The notes: generated by a model not told the origin, from the sequence alone. Shown: positions 40,562 through 54,641, numbered from the whole stretch's first letter. The stretch is DNA of 63,994 bases, filler included, from Streblomastix strix (GCA_008636045.1; 4 parts of 4 records of this genome joined end to end with filler, not necessarily neighbours in it); one strand, 5' to 3'. Translations and numbers: made by a program.

Positions 40562-41506
40562 TCATCTGGAGAAATCTGGCTTTTTCATTAATGATTCTTT
40601 TGCATGTTCAATAAATTCTTTAGCTCCTTCACTATAAATTATGTAAAAATAAATTAATTAATAAAAAAATTATACAAAATTATCAAACCGAGCAAGTCCA
40701 AAAATTTAATTCATAATTGTCTCTTCTAGAATTTATTCACCAACCATATTCATAAATACAACTGCATCTAAATCTACGTTAGTAAATGTAACAGTTGATG
40801 TACTGTATGATTTCTGAAAAATATATACATTGTTTGATATCAAAAAGGAATTATTGGATAATAATAAACATACTTTTTCCTATTCTAATATTGGCCACTT
40901 TATGAGTTAATGTTAAAATAAATCGCTTTTTAATTGATAATTGCTGTTATACTCCAACAAAGCAACAGATGATGAACATGGAGTATAGAGCATGGGGATT
41001 CCTGAGTCTATCAGCGCAAGTGTCGCACCATTCAGAATGCATGATAGCAGCTAGGATTAAGAAATAAAGGAGTGAATGTTAAATATGTATTAAAAAATCA
41101 ATAACAAACTGATCCATTTTCATTAAGAATCTAAATAGCAATAGTTATTAATGTATTAGGAAGAGCTCTTGTATCAATGCATTTTTCCATCAGCTCACGA
41201 ACTCTAAGCTCATCGCCTTTGAACCTATCTTTTTTATCTCGTTCTTCTATACGCGGATAAATGAAAATATCCAATGCTGCTCGATCGTACAACTCTCATT
41301 TGGCATTTGCCAGAACTGGACCATTTACAGATGCGATAATCTCTGTTTCTCCTAAAAAACAATTTTTGTTATAAAATATTTTTTCATGAAACATTGTAAA
41401 TATAACTACCTTATTTTAATCGAACTGATCCAGAAGCTCGCTCCAAAAAGCTGACTTTAGATACGAAATGTGGTTCTGAGGTCTACGAACTGTTACACTT
41501 ATCCAT
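40562..41506 (-). CDS. RRP46: Exosome core RNase PH-like subunit RRP46, with in-frame TGA at 41296-41298
   Basis: SFLERASGSV, GETEIIASVNGP, ELYDRAALDI, LPNTLITIAIQILNENGS, LLSCILNGATLALIDSGIPM; several GT-AG introns. Confidence 0.8.
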
Positions 41507-42076
41507 CTATATAAAATTATTAGACAAAAATATAATTAGTTAAAAATAATTTTGATTAATTTTGTTCTTGCAATACGAACAGAGTAAAATAAAATGTAAT
41601 TATTTCAATGGATATAACAAATGATTTCTATATATTAGTAGTTAATAATTATAATATTACATTGTTCAACATTTTAACAAAAACAATTTCTAATTATGCT
41701 CCTGCTAACCGGATTTTTTATTTATTGGTTAATTTCTTAGTGTTGATTGCTAAATATAGGTATAGCTATAATGAATCAGTAACTAACTTAATAAATCTAT
41801 CCATTTTTTAACATAATTCTAATATATTTAATTTTTTTGAAGAGAAATTTTTATCCTGCTTCCCCGTGCGTATTAATAATATAACATTCAATCAACTTGC
41901 AATATTTAGGAAAATATGTTATTTCGAGACCATTAAGCAATATATTTTCTTAAAATAAATATAATTAGGCGATAATACACAAATGAAAAATTTTATTATC
42001 ATTTTTATTTAAAATAAACCTACGTTTGCAAATTCGTCTATTATTTTTTGATATTTATATAGTTCATATCATTGTC

Positions 42077-45000
42077 ATGTCGATTTATGGTAAAATAGAC
42101 ATACAAAAAGTGCAACTTAATTCCGACATAAACTTTGCAGAGAAGCTATGGGAAGGAATGGGCACAATCCGTGATCGTGTGAGCTGTGGACGATTGTTTG
42201 CCTATTATTTATTTAATTATTTTTGATATTTTATAATTTTATCATCTAGTACATATGAATAGCTTATATTCCGGATAAATAAGAATTTTCAGGCCGAAAA
42301 AGCATTTGCTGATGCTCTCCGTGCTAGAAAATTTGAGTTCTTATAAGAAGGAGGGTTTATTTATTTTTATTTTTTAATATCAGTCATATTAATTATTTAC
42401 AGTCTAGCAGGAGAAGGATGGAAATAACTTCGTGTAAATCTTGAAGGAATTGAGAAGTGCAGTTTTAAGCTTGCTGAGAAATGGAAGAGCGATTTGGACC
42501 GTGTCAAAATAGATTCTGATGGATATGTGAAAGAATGCAGGATAATTTTGGATGAAATGGCATCATCTCATCGAAGAAGACATGTTTTGTATGAAGAATA
42601 TGCTAAGAGAAAGGAAAGATACATTTCTGCATTCTAGAAATGGGATGAAGCTGATGCATTATTTGAACATTCTAAAGAATCAGGTAAAGCCAACCCTGAG
42701 AGAATGTTAAAGGTTTATTAATTGAATAATCACATACAAATGAATAATCATATTATTTATTATTTATCTATACTAATACTTTCTATATTTCCCATATATT
42801 TAATAGCTTAAGAAATAAGCTGAAGAAAGATTAGCTGTTAAAATAAGTACTGAATAAAGCTATGCAGAAATTGTGCGTGAATGTAAGTTTGAATACATTA
42901 ACTGTTTTATTAATTATATTTATTAATGAAAATATTTCATTTCATTAAATATAAACACAAACATATAATAGTATTTATTTTTATTATATATATTATCATT
43001 TTTATTTTGATAGTGGAGGTTTTTAAGATTATGAAAGGAGAATGACTGATTTACTAACTAAGTTTGAACGAATTGAAATGGTATTAATTAGAATGAATAT
43101 TATTAAATAGTAATACTTTGCACTTATAATTGTTTAATAGCATATATTATAGTATTTTACATAATTATTTATTTCATTATTCTCAATCTATTTATTCAAA
43201 GCTTCGTCTCACATCATATAAAGACACTCTTAAGAAAATTTACGATGAATGGGAAACAGTATTTAAACAATTTATATATTGTATATTGTATTAAATGTGT
43301 AATATTCATAATATAACTATTTCTTATACTTTTTAACTTATTTAATATCTTTTTAGAAGATTAATGAAACACATGAATAAATTAAAACATCACTAAATGA
43401 AATCGATGTATGAAAATTAAAACATTTGAATATTAAATTTATAATTCAAATATAATTCAGAAAATAGATGGAGAATAAGATTTGATTTCCTTAGCAAATA
43501 GATATCGTACAAATATTGATCATGTTGAACCTCCTGCTCTTATATTGATGTAAAGAGTATGCAATAGAATAAACATTTTTTTATTTGAATTTATTATTTA
43601 TTAATTAATTACTCAGAAAGATTTTACATCTGCAAGTCCATCAAGAAGTCTCCCAACTACACCCTCACAATAACCTTCATAACAATCTCCTTCATAAACA
43701 TAACCATCTCAATTATCTCTCTAATAACAATACAAATAATCTTCTTAATCACATCTCCCATAATATGCAAGATAACAAGGATAGCAATATTATGAATCTT
43801 CTTCTCCTTCTGGACACAAACTGTCATCAGTTCCTCATCCTGAGACATTTCCTTAATCACAAATTCAGTCAATAAAACAATTGAAGAATAATAATTCAGT
43901 TGGTAATGAAAGGGAATAAAATAAAACAAAAGGTCCTACTCCACCTCCTTCCAGATTATATGCTTCAAATTAAAACTTAATTAATAATTAATAATTGAAT
44001 GGACAGATTGGAGAATAACAACAATTAAAGAAAGACAATCCATCAAACAATCTGTCAACAGGGCGCTGTTATGTTGCATTGTATGATTTCAGTCCAGATC
44101 CCGTTCGTGGTGAAGAAGAGAATGAAATGGACATAATAAAAGGAGAAGTTGTTGAATGGCTCTCAGATACTGATGACAAGAGTGGATGGGCACATGTAAG
44201 GAGAATAGAAGAAAGAAAAGGAATAAGAGATGTTGGTTATGTCCCTCAATCATATCTGAAGTTCAGTGGATAGGTTGCTTTAAGGACTTATACTGCTGAG
44301 GATGAACAAAGAAATTAGAAATCTGATATTTACTCACAGAATAAAAAATTTATTTTATCTTCATCATCAACATCTTTAGACACTCAGTCATCTGGATCTG
44401 TAGATGGATAATCAAATGAAATATTGCCTTATGACAATCCTTAAACTGTTTAATTACTCATTTCTGCTGCCAGATCAACTTCTTTGTCTGATTCTCCTGT
44501 TTTGGTTTCATCATCATCTCCTTCTAATCAACAAATAACTTAAATTAATATTAAATAATTTGAGGAATAATAACAAATAGAGAAAAATGAATAGAAGAAA
44601 GTAATTAATGAAGATAAGATTGAATAGAAACAAGTAATTGAAGATTATCACAAACCAGAATCTAATTTATTCCCCAGTACGTAACATGCACCTTTATCTT
44701 CACCCTATCATTAATCATAAATTAATTAATCTTCCCAATAATCCAACACATCATCAACTTCTTCATATGATTAATACTCTCAATAGATTGATTCATCCTT
44801 CTAAACACCTTCTGATTATCCATACCAAACATCAAAGCCCTTTCATGATCCATATGCTCTTCCTTCTTCTGGTACATCTGCTGCAACTGCTCTTGCTGAA
44901 TAAATTGCAAATTCAGCTTCATTCTACGATGATTATTAAACTCCCAATTAAACAACTAATTATTCTTCACTTTAGGAACACAATGATTAATTTTAATTCA

Positions 45001-45359
45001 ATGATGCAGATGATCAGAATCAAATTCATAGAGGTGATGAAAACTGGAATCAAAACATGACCTCAGAACAAATTGCAGCACAAGATGCAGCTAACAACGA
45101 ACATTTCATATAAGCTCAGGTCTAATTCAATTATGATGACCAAGAATCATAAACAAGTCTATCTGTGCATGTTGGTGAGTATGTGGATGTACTTGCAGAT
45201 GTTATGAATGACACTTCCAATGATGATGATGAATCCAGAGAAGGTGGACATAATCTATAAGTGCACATTTGTGAAGGAGGTTGGGTCATTGCTAGGAGAC
45301 CTAATACTCAGGAGAGAGGATATCTGCCATATGATTACATTAGACTGGTAATTGAGTGA
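42077..45359 (+). CDS. F-BAR (FCH) protein with two SH3 domains
   Basis: N-terminal FAEKLWEGMGTIRDRV plus helical exons. SH3-1: YVALYDFS...EMDIIKGEVVE...GWAHV...GYVPQSYL (44062-44270). SH3-2: AQVQFNYDD...LSVHVGEYVDV...GWVIAR...GYLPYDYI (45105-45350). Confidence 0.8.
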
Positions 45360-45528
45360 ATTATTTACTATATATCTATATCATAAAATACACTGTATGT
45401 TATATATAATGAGATTAGTTTACTAAATTATATAAAAGATAAAGCTCAAAATATTATAATTATTGTGTAATATAAAAGGATAATTTTATTAAGAAAAAAA
45501 AAAGAAAATTGATAATAAAGGTTATTAT

Positions 45529-48194
45529 TCAAAAAAGTTATTTAGCCATATAAGCACCATCCAACTGATATCCAAAACGTCTATAATATGCGCGTGTGCC
45601 AACCCCAGCTATAATTGCAAGTCTCGCTGACCGATGTTCCATCTCAGAAATTTGCTCAGCAGCTTCGATTAATAATTTGCCGAATCCTCTGTGTTGGAAT
45701 CTGGATCTGTCACGAGCATGAATGGCAACAACACCTCCATAGACATGCAATTCTCTAACAATTGAGTTTGTATGAGGATTTGGTGGAGAATTATATATGT
45801 GGTTTAATTGATTAGTGTTAGAGGATAATTATAAATTTGGAGATTTGCAGTTTATTGGTTTTCTTATATTGAATCTATAACAATTATTATCATCTTCATC
45901 ATCATCTTCATCATCTTCTTCTTATTCTTAATATTCATCCTCTTTTATATCAGTATCATTAACATTATTATTATTCAATCCTATTTCACTCTCCTAAATA
46001 TAATTTTAATTCAATAATTCTTCTCTGAATGTTCGTGTTGAACATTTTCTTAATCGAAGAAGTCCTATCAATATATCTAAAATAAATAATAACAACATTT
46101 CGGTATTATATAACTTATTATTCATAAATCATATAACATTTATTAATAATTTAATAATTTAAATATTAAACCTCTTTAGGGATCTTCATAAGAAAGAAAT
46201 GATTCCCATCCATCGCTGGCTGTATAATCACGCCTAATCAATTCAATTACATCTGCATCAACCCTAATAATATTCATTAATAATAAATATTATATAATAT
46301 ATATAGAAATATATTAATAATTAAAATATAATGATATTAATTCATTCTATAATTAATCAATAATAAAAACTTGTTATTGTGAATTTCAGCCACTCCAACT
46401 TCCCTAGTTCTGATGTCTCTACATTTCAACCCATAATCATGCATCCTATTAATAACCTTCTCTCTCAGATTACCACTCTCTACTCCAGATGTCACAAGAG
46501 GCATCGGAATATCTCTTTATGATCATTAAGATATTTAAATATATAATGAGATATTAATTAGAATATCATATTCTCTCATAATTAAATATATACCTCTATA
46601 TTCTATATATTCTAACCCATGGTGGGACATATGCAATCATTTTAGCAAGAATATCAATCAAAGAAAGAGGATTATATGATCTGTATAGACGCTATTTCCA
46701 TTAATCATATAGAACTAATATTATGTAAATAAGAAAATAATAAAAATTAAGATAAGATAAGATAAGGATTAAATATTAAATTAAAACCTGTCCCTCGCAT
46801 TACTAAAGTTGGATATATCTTTAGTCCGTCTTATCTGAAATCTGGATTCTCAGCCAATATCTATATATAGTATATATAAATATATTAATTAATACTAATT
46901 ATATTCTTAATTAATTAACATTCACACTCTAAATCCTTCAATATCTCTGTCAGCAGATACAGTTGGAAGATTTGGCATCAAATGAGCAACTATTTTATAT
47001 CCTTTAAATATATATACAAATAAATAAATGATGAAGAATAATAGAAATAAAGAATAAATAAGGAATAATACATATGTTATAATAATAATATACCAGCATC
47101 TTTGCATAATCTGAAACAATCAATAACATCAGCAATCGTATGACCTCTAATATTAATAAATATATGTTATAAATATGAAAATATGAATTAAAAGTTAATA
47201 ATAAATAATACAAACCTATTGACATATTTTACAACATCTTCATAGACTGTTTAAATGCCAATCTCAAGACGTGTGCAACCTTAATATAAGCATTATTATT
47301 ATATAACAAAAGACATTATAATTATATTTCATTCTCTTACTTACATATAACAAATATAATACAAACCATAACTAAGCATATCAGCTATATGATTTTCATG
47401 ACAATAATCAGGTCTTGTTTCAATTGTAATTCCAACACACTTTTTTGCTGAAAATTCTGAGAGACGAACTGATTCTGAAAGAGAAGTACTATTTCCTGAT
47501 CCTGATATACCTAATGAATAAGAATAATATAATAGTTTGTTAATAAGAATAAAGTTATTAATTTGTTTATTATTTACTATTTATTGTAATTTAACTATTT
47601 ATTTATTAGTTTAATAAACCATCATGTAAAGATTGGATAAATTTATCCCTATATTTCTTATCTAAAGACATAAATGTTCCACCCATAACAATAAATTCAA
47701 TCTTCTCAACAGAATGACCTATTTAATAATAATAAAAATAAATGAAAAAATTTAATTTATTTTAATCTATCAAAATATATGGAAAATAAACTAATATTAA
47801 CAAACCCAATCTCTCAAATTATTGCATTCTCATTCTAGTTTGAACAAAAGCATCATATCTTGCTCTTATTGCACGCATAGTTGTAGGTTCATATCCAGTA
47901 TAAGATTATGGAGAATATTCAAAGTCTGAGTCTAAACCACCTGGACAATAACTACATTAAATAAGCAGTGATGATAATACTAATAGAAAAGATATTAATG
48001 GTTGTAAACAAACATGCATGAATGCCCATCACGTTCAATGTGTGGGCAACGATGCGGTTTGCACATTACTGCAATGGCTGCAATCTGAAAATAGAATAAT
48101 TAAGTAATAGTTCACTAATAAAATAAATTGAAATCTAAATAATTTCCAACCCCTGAAGCTGTTCGAATAGGTTTAACCTTTAAAAGTGGTATTA
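45529..48194 (-). CDS. ELP3: Elongator complex protein 3 (radical SAM + GNAT), 5' truncated
   Basis: [121 protein letters not shown]. Confidence 0.97.
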
Positions 48195-48294
48195 NNNNNN
48201 NNNNNNNNNNNNNNNNNNNNNNNNNNNNNNNNNNNNNNTTAATTAATTAANNNNNNNNNNNNNNNNNNNNNNNNNNNNNNNNNNNNNNNNNNNN
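48195..48294. other. Artificial contig linker
   Basis: 100 nt, N44-TTAATTAATTAA-N44. Confidence 0.95.
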
Positions 48295-48730
48295 CCTTTT
48301 GTATGAATTCCATTCCCTTTACCAATTTCCATGTCTCTAGATAACGAATTGTTTTTCCCCCCATTCCCGTGTTTGGTTGAGTTTGTAGTATTTCCTCCAT
48401 TGGGATCCTAGGAAAGATTTCTAGTGTATGAATCTCTTCCTTTGTTCTATTCTGAATTCATATAAGTTGGAATCGTCCGGGGGCTCGCACCTGGTTGTCA
48501 GCGCTGCTAGTCTTCACTCTAGTTCTAGTTTGCGACAACAGAAGTATTTGTGCTTGTGGCTTTACTTCCGACAGGTGTCCTTCCTCCTTTCTTCTCAACT
48601 ATAGGTTCACGAATAGGATTTCCTTGGAGTTGTGTAGAAGGTGCAATTCGACGGTTATTTGATAAAATTCTCGGACTTGTAGAGTTTGTTGAAGCGAAAC
48701 CAATTGAAAACCTAGAAACAATGAACGTGA
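48295..48730 (-). mobile_element. Fragment of a DIRS-like retrotransposon (start of pol)
   Basis: GC-richer segment; one frame reads PNTGMGGKTIRYLETWKLVKGMEFIQK, matching the GGxL..F...W......I..G motif that precedes DIRS reverse transcriptase. Confidence 0.6.
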
Positions 48731-49477
48731 TTCATATTCAATCACAAAGTGAATATAAAATATTTAAATGAGGTAAGTAACAGAGGGGCGCTTTTAATCA
48801 CAAAATTTTGAACCATGAATAAATGTTTCTGGGTTAATATTTATAGTAATGAAGAAAAACCAAGATATTTGCTTGAATGATGCATTCTGATTCGAATTTT
48901 TGTATGAGTTGCACAAGAGAGAATGACTTGAATAAAATAACTAGTTTTATCGAGTTAATTGAATAAAATTCAAAATATTATTATTAAATTTATGTTAAGA
49001 AAAATAATATCTATAATAATTATGTTAAAAATTGATAATTAACGCAAGATATGTAATATTTTGAAAGAACAAGCATATTGAACAGAAATTAATTTCTGAC
49101 TCTTATTTCTAATTTATTGCTTATTCAAATATTTCATTATATATATTAAATTTTAAGTCCATTCATTATCAGTAATTTGAAGTACTAGCTAGACATACAT
49201 AGGAATATAAATTGATACACCTACCGGCTTTGTTTGCATAAGAATAGAAATTGATTTATATTTTTGATAACAATTAACTGTAACTAATCATAAAAAATAT
49301 TAATTACATTCATTTTCAATATTATAATCATTAAACAATAAATTTATTCAATATACTAGTAATATGCCATTAATACTTATTAAGATAAACAACAAATAAA
49401 TGAAAATGTATGGTAATATATATAAAAACTCGGTGTGGTGAAGTTAATATAAATCATTCTTTGGCAAATCTAAGATC

Positions 49478-50258
49478 TCATTCAGGTAATTGAGTATTAT
49501 ACGAATTTTGCACCTGATAACCAGTTTACTGTGGTAGTGCTGGCTATTAATGCAACAACGCACTAGAATCAGAAACAGACTCAGATTTAGGCTCAGAATA
49601 AGAATAACTCAGTGGATAACTCACCTACGGTTAATTCAACAGCGTTGTGGAAGGTGGGTTGTATGACCCCAATTCATATGATTGTAGATTAAACGGCTCT
49701 TATGAATTAATGGCTTCAATTATAGGGGCGAGTTAGTCTTTCTTGAAGATTGTGCCAAGTGGCAATACTTTCCCATTAGTCAAATGAAGTATTAATTACT
49801 TACTAGAATGGTCATCACATTTTTTACAGCAGCATCCTTTATTATAGTATGCATAGCTGATTGAATTGGAATCGTATGTCAATTGTTTGTATTTGTTCAT
49901 ACAGAACATACGCTATGCAATGCTTCTTACCTAATATAATGAATTAATTGAATGCGAATTTAAAAACGGAAAATTAATTTCGCACCTAGACCATTGTCAG
50001 AGTTTTGCTTCTCGGATAGTAAGTAATTGTCTACTATACATTCATGTTCATAAAAGATGCTCCATTGGACTGAGAACTTGCTGTACTACACGTATTTATG
50101 TAAATGAATCCAACAGATCCAACGGCAAGGAGAGCAATAATGACAGCTATGAATAAAAGTCCTAATATTATGAGTATTATTATGAATATTAACCCACAAA
50201 TCCAAGTATTACTCTTTGCCGAAACACTTATAACTCCTTCATCTAGGTTTGCTTACAT
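49478..50258 (-). CDS. Hypothetical membrane protein
   Basis: Long hydrophobic stretch WICGLIFIIILIILGLLFIAVIIALLAVGSVGFIY; one intron ~49932-49986; KGCCCKKC; TGA at 49478-49480. Confidence 0.65.
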
Positions 50259-50778
50259 TATTCTGATTAAAAAATGAATTATTTTTAAAAAATTAAAAAC
50301 TCATTTAACTTTTTATATAGATTATAATAATTGATTAAATTTTTAAATATATCTCTAAATAATATTGTATTTTTATTTATAAGTAACATAACAAATATAA
50401 AGTTGAAAATGCAGATAAAACAAGGTAATTATCTTTTTCTAAATTATATTGTAATAAACGTTGTGCGGTTTTACAATTCTATTTATATCGGAGCTTAATG
50501 AACAACATATTTATTATAAATATACCAAATTACACCAAGATATATCAGGGCAAATTTCTGCAATTATTCAAACAGAATAAATTTCAGAAATTAATCAAAT
50601 TTTTAGATTTTTAAGAATAAATATTGTATATATTAAATATAAGTATAAAAAAGATGATTTTCAAAATTAAGAAATTTAAAACGATAAAGAATAATATGAA
50701 TACTAGAATTGAAGTGAATTAAATTTTAACTATTAAATTAAATTAAATAAATTAGTATATTCTTATTCTTTTACCCTT

Positions 50779-52097
50779 TCATTTCCATTCTTTTCCCCAC
50801 TTAAGAGCTTTGGATCCTTCCACGCCTTTAGCTGTTTATTAAATGAGTCTCTCAAACTTGATTATAGTAAATGAAGAATATTTATTGTATGTATAAGTCT
50901 GAATAAATGAATGAATGAGAAATGAATAAAAATAGTAATTAATTTATAAACGCAAACGAACCCAGAATCTAATAGCTTCAGGTATGTCAATCACAAAGTT
51001 TGGCTATTCAATATCATCCACGAAAAATGTAGCTCTTCGTGGAACAGTTGTCATATCGACTTCAACAGCAACTCTTTATCCATCTGCATATCTTTGATTT
51101 CTTATTATATCTTCTGTTATATGGTCTAGTTCTCCGCTGATGATATAATATAGATAAATGAGAATGAATTAATATAATATAAATTAAGGGATTATAATTA
51201 ATTAAAAAATGATTATAAATTATTAATTAATAATATTAGATTTTGAAAATATAAATAATAAATTATAATAAACATTTAAAATTCATACTTTTCCCAATAT
51301 CTAACAGTCTTTTCTTGATCTTCAAAAAGAACATTGAATAAAACGTTGAAAATGAAACAATAAAATGATTATAAAGAAAGAATTCAATAAAAATATTACA
51401 AAATAAACAAAAATGTGAATAGTGAAATTAAATATAAGTTATATGATTGAAAATAAAAATTAATTGAAATTATATTAAATAGATACTTCCATCAGCTGAA
51501 GGTCCATTACCAGCAGCAAAAGAACAAGATGCATCAGCAACACCAATACCTGCAATAAATATAAAATATATATTGAATTGAAATAAAGAAAAAAATATTA
51601 TAATTATCAATAATTGTTCATATTCACATTCATTAATTCAAATTAACATACTTCTATCCCATTATCCAGTATTCTCAAAGATTACTTCAATTCTCACTAT
51701 TCCTTTTCTAATGACTGGATCAATGGCAATTGTACACAAATCATTCCACTCATCCGAGTGAAAGAACTAATTTCCATCAGAACTTCCTTGTCATGCTTCC
51801 TTTGTTACGAATAATGGTGTAATTTGAACTGATTATTTATGAATAAAAATATAATATTTAGTAAATGAAAAATAAATTATTTATTTAATTTATTATTTAT
51901 TATTATTTATTCATACTTATCGATTATATTATTTTAGCATATCTAGGGTGCAATATCAATTAAAAGGTCTTTTTATTCAATATAAGAAATTGCCGAACAT
52001 CCTGAGGAAGTTCCATCTCAGATAAGAGCTCAAGAAATATGAATTCTCCCAAACTTAAAAAACCTCCTTCTACGTTGTACTCGCTTGCAAGATCCAT
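50779..52097 (-). CDS. SPRY/B30.2-like expanded-family protein with in-frame TGA at 51791-51793
   Basis: LGEFIFLELLSEMELPQDVRQFL, CTIAIDPVIRKGIVRIEV, IGVADAS, VEVDMTTVPRRATFFVDDIEQPNFVIDIPEAIRF, GSKALKWGKEWK*; multiple introns. Fold assignment is by inference. Confidence 0.65.
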
Positions 52098-52707
52098 TGC
52101 AAAGTTTCTGAATGGATAATAAGTTCAAAAAGAAATATAAAATTAGTGAAAAGTTTTAATAAATTTTGTCTACAAAGAGTGCAAATAGGAAAACAGCAAA
52201 TAAAAAGTAATGATTAGTGCTCAATTATTAACAATGAAGTAATTTACATTTGAATAATAAAATTTGGAAGTATGAAAATAATAATTAGTATTTAAACTCG
52301 AAAGGCATACTTAATATAGCAATATGGTTATGAACAGAGGTTTTATCTTGTTTGAGAATTTTAATACTGAATTTTACCAGCTCTACACTTAAAATAAAAA
52401 ACATCATACAAATCTTAGATATGCGATTAAACTACCATCTGCCTAGCTATTTATGAAAAATATTAAACTCACTATTTCCTGCCTTTCTGCCTATTTTATT
52501 TTTTAAAAATTCTTTAAAATTTAATTATCATATGCATATTATCATTTGTTCAATAAATTGCACTCTTATATTAACAACTGACCTTTGAAAACTTCGATAA
52601 AATTTTAATTTATTAAATGTTAGATTATTTGCTAAACGTACTTTTATTATTTTATTTTGATTTGTTTTCTTATTAAATATCTTATTTTTATCTTTCTTAG
52701 ACAAAAA

Positions 52708-54027
52708 ATGTCATTTGAAACTCATCAAATTGTCAGATACATAATTTTAGTTTTTCTAAGCTTCATTCCTGTGTTAGTAGGCATCTTTTTGCTTATACAA
52801 GACCCTGTATACAGAGATTTTTCATTAGATGACCAATCCATAGCTCATGAACTCAAAGATGACACAATCTCAGAAGGTTTCCTTCTTGGAATCATTTTTT
52901 TCGGCTCTTTTATAGCATCGTCCATCTACATCATTTTTTCCCCTAAAAAATTATAATCTCTTCTTTCGTGCATAATCAGCATATTCTTCGGGTTCGGAGT
53001 TTCACAGTCAGTTACACTTCTCCTCAAAGTCAATATAGGTCGCTTACGTCCCGATTTCCTATAAAGATGCATGCCAGACATGCGAGATGTATATAGATAT
53101 ACTTAATAAGACATTCCCAAATATGGAAGGTTATTAGCACACAATTTTATATGCACTGGTGATCCCAAGGTCATAAGAGAGGGACATTTCTCTTTTCCAA
53201 GTTAACACACATCCTCAATATCATATGCATTTGTGTTTGTCGCATGTTTAGCATATATATGGAGCTACACATACTTCTTTGGTAGGTAATAGAAAAAGAA
53301 ATCAGTTAATAAATAGGATACAGAGTCTGAATAAGCAACAAATCAGAATACAAATCATAATCAAAATTCATAGAGAGTCACATCACCAAATAAAAGAAAA
53401 ACAACTGAATAAGAATAATAAATCTAAAGATAATAATCACCGAATAATAATAATAATAATAAAGGAAGATAATCACAATATAAAAGAAGGAGTAATAATG
53501 AGCATGAGATGTAAGAAGAAGGAAATATTAGATAGAAGGATGAAGGAGATGAAAAAGGTTTTTTTTATTAATTAATTAATTTATTTAACATTTATTAATT
53601 AATTAATTAAATTATTTATATTATATATTAAATTTTTTCTTACATATTATATTATATATTTATTTAATTTATTTAACCATATATTATTTATTTAACATTT
53701 ATTAATTAATTAATTAATTAATTTATATCATATATTAAATTTTATTATTCTCCATCCTTCCCAGACCACCACTTCGACATCCGCATCGGCACACGCGAAG
53801 GAATGAGCAAATCCTTCCTCTTCTAAGCCAGCTCCGTTCTTGGTATGGGCCTTATGATTATATCCATGTTTGTAGCTGCGACTCGTGTCGCTGATAATAA
53901 GCACAGGTTGAGTGATATTCTGGCTGGATATATAATAGGAGTTCTGGGAGGTTTACTGAGTGGGTATGTGCTGTGGATCTTTGAGAGAGTGGAGAAGTGG
54001 AAGGAGACGGAAAGCAGGGTTGTTTGA
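52708..54027 (+). CDS. PAP2 / lipid phosphate phosphatase
   Basis: KVNIGRLRPDF (C1), SFPSQHTS (C2 variant), TRVADNKHRLSDILAG (C3), several TM helices; intron ~53558-53764. Confidence 0.9.
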
Positions 54028-54641
54028 AATATAGATATATGATATGGAAGGTTGAAGATGGAATTTAGATATGGAATTGAATTTAGATATGGAATTTGAA
54101 TTTAAATATGGATTTGATGGGAAATTGTATTTTGAATAGGATTTTAATTTAGATGTGGAATTGAATTTATATATGAGTTTGATTGAAAGTTTGAAATATG
54201 ACTAATTTTTGATCAGGACTTGAATTTTGGCATGAATTTGAATTTTGATTATGATTTGAATTTATTTTGTATTTAATATTTATTTATCATCTCTCCAAAT
54301 TTAACTTCGTTAATCTTTTTAACTTTATATTTATTCTTAAATTCTTTCATATTGCTGCATCATATGTATAATTTATGCAAATTTTTATTTTTTCTCAACG
54401 TTTTTTTCGTTTTGATTGCTAAATTCTTATTTAATTTTTATTAATCTAAATACTGAAACAATCACTTCATTTTGAAATAAAATAATAGGTATTATTCAAA
54501 TATGAAATTTTATTCATTTAATCTGTTTTATTTTATTTATTACAATAAAAATATATTATAAATTCATGCATGTGTATGATTAATACCCAGTTCAACTGTA
54601 TTATATTTCTTCTATTCATTTCTCCCATTCATTTCTTCTAA

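Noticed and set aside
41296..41298. Selenocysteine reading of the RRP46 TGA
   Set aside because: The position is not a Cys site in RRP46 homologs and no SECIS-like element is evident in the very short downstream region.
54030..54260. GAATTTAGATATG-type degenerate repeats after PAP2
   Set aside because: Low-complexity 3' flank with no supported frame or structure.
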